Shown: positions 55,801 through 64,000 of the stretch, piece after piece
Layout: each line of letters begins with the position of its first letter
How positions within the stretch are numbered: position 1 is the first letter of the stretch
Assembly (NCBI GenBank): GCA_964016885.1
Contig: OZ024751.1
Span: forward strand, 41,912,001 to 41,976,000
Direction: 5' to 3'
DNA length: 64,000 nt
DNA from: Eledone cirrhosa
Taxonomy: Eukaryota
Notes under the pieces: model-generated
What the model was told of the DNA's origin: nothing
The model's database searches: none
The model's input: the letters and a program-made list of their open reading frames with translations, nothing else
Made by a program: the position numbers and the translations under genes

Positions 55801-58012
55801 ACATACAGAATATTTTCGAATATTCTATGTCTATATTCACATATATATCGCTATTTCAGAGCATTTATTCCAATTTCTAATTTCTGCCGGACCGGCAACC
55901 GCTCTTTCAAACCAGTTCCTGTACACAGCTAAGTATTCTATAAGTCTCTAGCTGTGTCATTCTCGATAAAAGCACTGGATATGTAGTCCTGACGATTTCT
56001 AATAAGAATGAAACGCGTAGATTTACTTCCCTTGCTTTTATCGAGAATCTAATTGTAATACGTGACGTATTCTATTCTATAGCGATTAGGTCTTCAAAAT
56101 GTTTATTATAAACATACAGAATATTTTCGAATATTCTATGTCTATATTCACATATATATCGCTATTTCAGAGCATTTATTCCAATTTCTAATTTCTGCCG
56201 GACCGGCAACCGCTCTTTCAAACCAGTTCCTGTACACAGCTAAGTATTCTATAAGTCTCTAGCTGTGTCATTCTCGATAAAAGCACTGGATATGTAGTCC
56301 TGACGATTTCTAATAAGAATGAAACGCGTAGATTTACTTCCCTTGCTTTTATCGAGAATCTAATTGTAATACGTGACGTATTCTATTCTATAGCGATTAG
56401 GTCTTCAAAATGTTTATTATAAACATACAGAATATTTTCGAATATTCTATGTCTATATTCACATATATATCGCTATTTCAGAGCATTTATTCCAATTTCT
56501 AATTTCTGCCGGACCGGCAACCGCTCTTTCAAACCAGTTCCTGTACACAGCTAAGTATTCTATAAGTCTCTAGCTGTGTCATTCTCGATAAAAGCACTGG
56601 ATATGTAGTCCTGACGATTTCTAATAAGAATGAAACGCGTAGATTTACTTCCCTTGCTTTTATCGAGAATCTAATTGTAATACGTGACGTATTCTATTCT
56701 ATAGCGATTAGGTCTTCAAAATGTTTATTATAAACATACAGAATATTTTCGAATATTCTATGTCTATATTCACATATATATCGCTATTTCAGAGCATTTA
56801 TTCCAATCTCTAATTTCTGCCGGACCGGCAACCGCTCTTTCAAACCAGTTCCTGTACACAGCTAAGTATTCTATAAGTCTCTAGCTGTGTCATTCTCGAT
56901 AAAAGCACTGGATATGTAGTCCTGACGATTTCTAATAAGAATGAAACGCGTAGATTTACTTCCCTTGCTTTTATCGAGAATCTAATTGTAATACGTGACG
57001 TATTCTATTCTATAGCGATTAGGTCTTCAAAATGTTTATTATAAACATACAGAATATTTTCGAATATTCTATGTCTATATTCACATATATATCGCTATTT
57101 CAGAGCATTTATTCCAATTTCTAATTTCTGCCGGACCGGCAACCGCTCTTTCAAACCAGTTCCTGTACACAGCTAAGTATTCTATAAGTCTCTAGCTGTG
57201 TCATTCTCGATAAAAGCACTGGATATGTAGTCCTGACGATTTCTAATAAGAATGAAACGCGTAGATTTACTTCCCTTGCTTTTATCGAGAATCTAATTGT
57301 AATACGTGACGTATTCTATTCTATAGCGATTAGGTCTTCAAAATGTTTATTATAAACATACAGAATATTTTCGAATATTCTATGTCTATATTCACATATA
57401 TATCGCTATTTCAGAGCATTTATTCCAATTTCTAATTTCTGCCGGACCGGCAACCGCTCTTTCAAACCAGTTCCTGTACACAGCTAAGTATTCTATAAGT
57501 CTCTAGCTGTGTCATTCTCGATAAAAGCACTGGATATGTAGTCCTGACGATTTCTAATAAGAATGAAACGCGTAGATTTACTTCCCTTGCTTTTATCGAG
57601 AATCTAATTGTAATACGTGACGTATTCTATTCTATAGCGATTAGGTCTTCAAAATGTTTATTATAAACATACAGAATATTTTCGAATATTCTATGTCTAT
57701 ATTCACATATATATCGCTATTTCAGAGCATTTATTCCAATTTCTAATTTCTGCCGGACCGGCAACCGCTCTTTCAAACCAGTTCCTGTACACAGCTAAGT
57801 ATTCTATAAGTCTCTAGCTGTGTCATTCTCGATAAAAGCACTGGATATGTAGTCCTGACGATTTCTAATAAGAATGAAACGCGTAGATTTACTTCCCTTG
57901 CTTTTATCGAGAATCTAATTGTAATACGTGACGTATTCTATTCTATAGCGATTAGGTCTTCAAAATGTTTATTATAAACATACAGAATATTTTCGAATAT
58001 TCTATGTCTATA

Positions 58013-58015
<3 letters not shown>
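52865..58015 (+). repeat. 311-bp tandem array, right block (~16.6 units; 17 hammerheads on plus strand)
   Basis: ctggatatgtagtcctgacga recurs at 52865, 53176, 53487 ... 57841. It is the reverse complement of the left block and ends in (TA)n. Confidence 0.95.
53160..53249 (+). ncRNA. Type I hammerhead ribozyme of the 311-bp unit (representative copy; 22 copies in the array)
   Basis: Stem I GUAGUC/GAUUUAC, extended by GGA/UCC and a perfect 16-bp stem (AUUCUCGAUAAAAGCA/UGCUUUUAUCGAGAAU). Core CUGACGA; stem II UUCU-AAUA-AGAA; GAAA; palindromic stem III ACGCGU. Predicted cut after GUA (53220). Confidence 0.85.
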
Positions 58016-58044
<29 letters not shown>

Positions 58045-58049
<5 letters not shown>

Positions 58050-58705
58050 GGAAAAAATGAAACGAAATTTCATTTCCCACTCTTAGTACGGCTGTTACTT
58101 AAATATAAGTATGTACACGTACATACATACATGTATACAGACGTACAGTAGTATGTATATATATATACATACATGCACACATATATATATGTACGTATGG
58201 ATTCACCGAACAATAATTATAATGCTCGGTGTGTTTGTAAACACAAGTTTATACGTTCAACAATCTGGCAGGAAGGTATACGTTGCTGACGATATCTAAT
58301 AAGCTTGAAACTAGTACAGCGTTCCTTTGTCAGTGTTGAACAGGCGAGCAACGATGGTTGCTGGACACTGCGGCTTAATACGGGATGTTTGTTTACAAAC
58401 ACACCGAGCATTATAATAAATGTTCGGTGAATCCATACGTACATATATATATGTGTGCATGTATGTATATATATATATACATACTACTGTACGTCTGTAT
58501 ACATATATGTATGTACGTGTACATACTTATATTTAAGTAACAGCCGTACTAAGAGTGGGAAATGAAATTTCGTTTCATTTTTTCCGTTTATCGTTTTCGG
58601 TGCACCCGGCCGATTAACCCACTCGATATGCAAATTGGGCTACTCAGCCGTTAATATGCATAAGGTAAGTATATACGTTCAACAATCTGGCAGGAAGGTA
58701 TACGT
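58045..58705. mobile_element. Foldback copy of the 15.5-16.4 kb element family
   Basis: 58045-58245 is inverted relative to about 58390-58590. It shares sequence with 15545-16360 and is flanked by (TA)n. Confidence 0.8.
58280..58322 (+). ncRNA. Type I minimal hammerhead ribozyme
   Basis: ACGUUG-CUGACGA-UAUCUAAUAAGCUU-GAAA-CUAG-UA-CAGCGU. Stem I pairing is retained; stem II has one mismatch. Confidence 0.75.
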
Positions 58706-58775
58706 TATATATATATAAAAGGACGAATTGTTATGCCCTCACTTGGGTAAACCTACAGTAACGGTACGTTACACT

Positions 58776-58814
<39 letters not shown>

Positions 58815-59200
58815 GCGTTCGAAAAAATGAACTTGTTGAGGTATTTATAAAATGATTGATTCGATGAATCCCACGAGGCTGAAACAGTTGTAAGCCAAAT
58901 TATGACGTAAATAATAGCGTTTGGTAACATATTTTAATGAATAATTTGCTCCACGTGTAAATAATCTAACAAGTAGGAATTCATAGCGTTCCTCCAAAAG
59001 GGCTGACTGAATAAGCACACGTGTACTTTTTTCCTTTCCCTCATCTTTTCCCTTTCGTCAATCTTTCTATTTCATCTTTTATTTCTTATTCTAACATCTG
59101 ATGAAGGACTAGGATTCGAAACGTTAAAATTCTTAATATATCAAGCGTTAAATTAATATAAATGTTCATTGTATAGTGTTGTTTGCTTTGTGTGTGTATG

Positions 59201-59255
<55 letters not shown>

Positions 59256-59373
59256 CCGCGCGCGCACATGCACATAAGAAAAAAACAATGAAACTTCAAT
59301 CACATATTTTTATTGATTATTGATCTGTTAAGTACATTTCACAGATGATTGTTTGTGTGTAAGACATACACAG

Positions 59374-59465
<92 letters not shown>

Positions 59466-59546
59466 GTATGTATATGAATATATAAGCTCAGCATTTTTGG
59501 CAAAACCGCGGAACTAGCAGTAGATCTTCTATTTTCACTAATATTA

Positions 59547-59613
<67 letters not shown>

Positions 59614-59614
<1 letters not shown>

Positions 59615-59963
59615 CACTCCTCACACACGTCCGGGATTATATGTGTATCAAATTTCCCCAGGACATTCCGGAACATATACAGAATAATTGCAGTCAAAAC
59701 AAGGTTCAAAACAATCATCACAACTACGTTAAAGTACTTCATACGAGTATACATGGTTTGTAGTTCTCTCGAGCTCATTCCTTCATCTTCTTCTTCCGCC
59801 TCCTGCTTCTGTTTTTGTCCCTTCGGGTGGACCGCCGCCCGGTTTCTATAGCAACCGAAGAACGCACGGCACGCATTTTTCCTCTTGTAGCGAACAATTG
59901 ACATTATGATTGCACTCAATACAGACACTGCTGTTACCACCATCATGTAAATAAGGTTATAAA
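59614..59963 (-). CDS. Gene B exon 6 (M3-M4, stop)
   Basis: ttcctccacag| acceptor; clear paralog of gene A exon 6; ends ...PDVCEE-TGA. Confidence 0.92.
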
Positions 59964-60002
59964 CTGTGGAGGAAAAATAGAAAACAAAATATATAGATGT
60001 GC

Positions 60003-60046
<44 letters not shown>

Positions 60047-60337
60047 CCCCTCTTGCTGACCAGGGCAATCAAAGTGTAATCATACAAACCTTCATAATAT
60101 GCATTTTTAAACTTGCATATCATCGACATTGCTATTTCGCTGTTAATAAACTATCATCCTTCTACATTTAACGATCATACAGTACCGTTTTATGAAATCG
60201 ATTCTGCAAGTGGCCCCGGGTGCAACCGGGCTCAGCTGCTAGTATATATATATATAAGCAAAAGGGGTATTCAATTTGTTGCTATAATAATAGAAAAAAT
60301 ATGGTTTTATAAATATAGTTTCCATTTATTTAATATC

Positions 60338-60394
<57 letters not shown>

Positions 60395-60396
<2 letters not shown>

Positions 60397-60621
60397 AAGG
60401 CGGGTAAAATCCCCGAGATCCATGGACGAGTTCTCTCCAGCGGTCTCTGTCCCTCATTATCGCTGCCATATCCTGCATCTCCAACAGACCAGTGTCTGTC
60501 CTTAGGGCATCAACATATGTTAACCTTGGTCTTCCTCTTCTAGTGTGTCCATGTAGGGGCTCCCAAAGGAGCACTGAGTGCAATGTCAACTCTGGATGTC
60601 GGTGAGCATGTCCAGCCAACC
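60395..60621 (-). mobile_element. RTE-type LINE 3' end, near-identical to 33203-33430
   Basis: Same AGHAHRHPEL..RGRP sequence, also abutting (TA)n. Confidence 0.8.
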
Positions 60622-61960
60622 TATATTTATACTAGCAGTGGTACCCGGCGTTGCACGGAATAATGTATATCTCGTTGGAGGTGTCTTGGGTAATTTAATG
60701 ATAGGGACCCCTGTCCTTTCATCTCATTTCTACAGCTGAGTAAACTGGAGCAACATGAAATAAAGTGTCTTGCTCAATGAAACAACACATCACACGGTCC
60801 GAGAATTGAACTCACAACCTTTCGATTGAAAACCCAATGCTCTAACCTCTTAGCCATGCGCCTTCACATCAATGAAGGGCTTCATTGATTCCCAGAATGG
60901 TTAGCGTGTTTCAAATGCATGTTGGGAAAGTTTTTCAAGTCTTCATGGAAGGGAAGGTCGGGCTTGGGCTTGGTCTTGGTAAGAAGAGATGTTTATGCAG
61001 AGCAATATATATATATATGCACACTGCTCTGCATATATTAATTGTTTCTACTTTTGGCACAAGGCCAGCAATTATCCCAGTGTATTACTGGTACTTTATT
61101 TTAGCGACTCCGTAAGGATGACAGGCAAAGTTAACTTCGGTGGGATTTGAACTCAGACCATAAAGAACCGTAACTCTTTGCTGTAAAGCATGGTGTCCAA
61201 CGCTCTCCTGATACTGCCAATTCAATATATTAGCAGTAGATTTCATTTTGGCTGTTGTGGACCAAAGTAAATGTGTAGATGCTGTACAATGCCAAAAACA
61301 ATGAAATGATTTTTAAGAAATTTATGAAGAAATATACTTAAATTCCCTTATACAACCAGGTGTCATATAAGAAGGGGCGTCTAATAGGCCAGCAAATACG
61401 GTATATACAATAGCTTTAGTGGCTAGATCCAGAAGTGAAGTGCAGTGCAGTGAAGATAAATAAATATACATAATGTGCAGTATACGAATTGGCAGAGTCG
61501 TCAGAACGTCGGATAGAATGCTTTGCAGTATTCGTTCTGAATCTCTGCTTTCTGAGTTCAGATTCTACCGAGGACAACATTGTCTTTCATCCATTTAAGG
61601 TCGATAAAACAGTACCAGTCAAATACTGAGATAGACTCTTCCTCAATATCTCTTACTTCTTCTATATCTTTTGTGCTCGATGAAAAAAATACCAGTCAAG
61701 TTCTGGGTTCGATTCTTCCTCTATATCTCTTTCCTACTTCCTTTCCCTCACTCTCTATCTTTCTCTGGGGGGACTCTGCTGTATTCAGACCTGGAGAGGA
61801 AATTAGCTCCACCATGTTTTTTTTTTAATGCCGTATGTCAATATGGCGCCCCTACGACTCTCTCAAAAGTTATGGGTCCATACATACCATATATACAATG
61901 TGCAGTGCAGTGTAGTGTAGTGAAGGTAAATAAATATATGTGTAATTTTATGCTACTTAC

Positions 61961-62505
61961 ATATTATAGGAACTGTTTTTAGACTGTCTGTCTTGGGGAA
62001 ATACTGAGAAAGGTGCACAAAATATGTGATGTAACCCAGGAAGTTGGTGATACTTAAAGAAATCTGCTCTCCGCTCTCGGGAGGAGTGAAAAACGTGAGC
62101 GACGCGATTAAGTGAAATAGTAAATACGGCACAAAAATAGTTAACACATAGTAAATTGATTTCCGCTTGACAGATAAAATAAACATTATATTGTTAGAGA
62201 TGTTTTTCTTATTGCATGTCAGGAAATTAAAATTCGGTTTATGCCAGTTCTGACGGCTATCCGCTTTTTTGTTATCTAATTTCTTGAAATCCTTGGTACT
62301 TATGGCATCCTTCTCCATGTTCGGAATCAGATTTTGAAGAAGGGCCGTGCTTTTTATGTCCAGTGCGCATGTCTGGTTATCGAATGGAAATGATGAGAAG
62401 TTGAGAATACAGAACGTTACAAACTTGTGGTAGATGATAGCTGACATATTGCCATCGTAGTTTACTTTCACTGTGTCTACTTTAATATTATGTGGTGATT
62501 CAGCA
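61961..62505 (-). CDS. Gene B (paralog of gene A) exon 5
   Basis: Same 545-nt length and splice sites as gene A exon 5. Cys-loop C-ILNFSSFPFDNQT-C and M2 GEQISLSITNFL. Upstream exons must lie beyond the window end. Confidence 0.92.
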
Positions 62506-62524
62506 CTTTTTCATGAGGTTCAAG

Positions 62525-62870
62525 TTCAAACATATAGATGAGGTCCAAACATATAGATGAGGTCCAAACATATAGATGAGGTCCAAACATATAGATGAGG
62601 TTCAAACATATAGATGAGGTCCAAACATATAGATGAGGTCCAAACATATAGATGAGGTTCAAACATATAGATGAGGTCCAAACATATAGATGAGGTCCAA
62701 ACATATAGATGAGGTTCAAACATATAGATGAGGTCCAAACATATAGATGAGGTCCAAACATATAGATGAGGTTCAAACATATAGATGAGGTCCAAACATA
62801 TAGTTGAGGTCCAAACATATAGATGAGGTTCAAACATATAGATGAGGTCCAAACATATAGATGAGGTCCA
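62525..62870. repeat. 19-bp minisatellite (~18 copies) abutting the gene B exon 5 acceptor
   Basis: Same unit as in gene A, with a tc/tt variant recurring about every third unit. Confidence 0.92.
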
Positions 62871-62976
62871 GATCGGTGGTGAAGGTGGTTGGTAAGGGGA
62901 TGAAAAAAAGAAAAATATACAAAATTAAGAATAGAAGAAAATGTAATCACATGCACATACATACATACAGACAGAT

Positions 62977-63015
<39 letters not shown>

Positions 63016-63385
63016 CACATACATAAATACATACATACGCACAGACATATATATATACATACATACATACACATATATACACACAGACATATATATATAT
63101 ATATATATATGCATACATACATACACATACATACACACAGACATATACATATATATATATGTATGTGCCCATCAGTGTGCAATGCATGTGTGCGTATATG
63201 TATGTGTGTGTCGGCACGTTTATATCTATAGACATCAAAAGGTATGCAAATTTGTGTATATTTGTGTTGCACCATAGAACATGTGTGTTTACGTATGTCA
63301 TTGTGTTTATATGTGGATAGAGATGTATGTAGGATGTATGCTGATGTAGGTATGTATGTTGACGTGTGTATGTTGTGGGTTCGTC

Positions 63386-64000
63386 TTAGGGAGAAGTGTT
63401 TAGACGGGGTCCGTATTTGTTAATAAAGTGATATTCCTTGCTGATGCGCTGGGTGTGGGTGGCATTATCTTTAAATTTGTAGAGGGGAAAGATTCTGAAG
63501 TTGGGATGATTTTGGGCGGCACAGGTATCAATGTGTTCACTCAGTGGTATTTTCCTGTATTCCCGTATTTTAATTTGGGATCTATGGACAGTTATGCGTT
63601 GGCGGAGGCTGTTTTTGGTCTGGCCTATGTATTGTTCTCGACAACCTGAGCAAGTTAATACATATATTAGATTTTCTGATGCGCATGTGAAATTGTGTTT
63701 TACTATAAAACGTTGTCCTTCTTTGAAATAGAATTCCGAACCCTCTATTAGATTGATGCATATGCCACAGTTGGGTCTATCGCATTTTTTTACTGTGGGT
63801 TTCGTTGTTGTGGTTGGCAGTACTTTGGCATGTGTTAGGATGTTTTTCATTGACTTAGATTGTCTTTTGCTCTTTATGATATCGTGTGTTCGTAGGATTT
63901 GGTTCATTCTATGGTCCTTTTTTAACACAGGGATGTTCTGGAGGATGGTGTCAAAGGCCTCATTGTTGAGGGGTTGTGTGTGGAGATGTATGGAAGAGCT
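63386..64000 (-). mobile_element. Penelope-like retroelement, Cys-rich linker + GIY-YIG endonuclease (3' part), in gene B intron 4
   Basis: ORF with C-x4-C-x2-C, then NLIYVLTCSGC..YIGQT..LRQRITVH and the terminal E..FI....P.LN motif. A related 3' flank lies inverted at about 45230-45320. Confidence 0.88.

Noticed and set aside
51247-58015. 311-bp array as 5S rDNA, a tRNA/snRNA cluster or a coding repeat
   Set aside because: I recognised no 5S, tRNA or snRNA sequence and there is no ORF; the hammerhead fold explains the structure better.

Overview
AT-rich, microsatellite-dense animal genomic DNA. It is most likely a coleoid cephalopod such as Octopus; this is inferred from the repeat landscape and the atypical nAChR-like genes, not from a search. 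Two tandem, minus-strand, intron-containing Cys-loop (nicotinic-receptor-like) channel subunit genes lack the acetylcholine-binding residues. Gene A is complete (6 coding exons, 42792->27282, 419 aa); only the last two exons of gene B are present (62505->59614). Between them is a ~6.8 kb array of near-identical 311-bp non-coding units in two divergent blocks. Each unit carries a type I hammerhead ribozyme, which fits a retrozyme-like or Penelope-derived, circular-RNA-templated insertion. More than a dozen other type I hammerhead motifs from several families lie in (TA)n-embedded foldback elements, some next to Penelope-like RT/GIY-YIG fragments. The two receptor paralogs are nearly identical in their cytoplasmic parts but highly divergent in the outer halves of the transmembrane helices. 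The rest is Tx1/L1-like, RLE-type (R4/Dong/CRE-like) and RTE LINE fragments, a tRNA-derived SINE, DNA transposon remnants, MITEs and simple repeats. Coordinates were read by eye; repeat boundaries are approximate.
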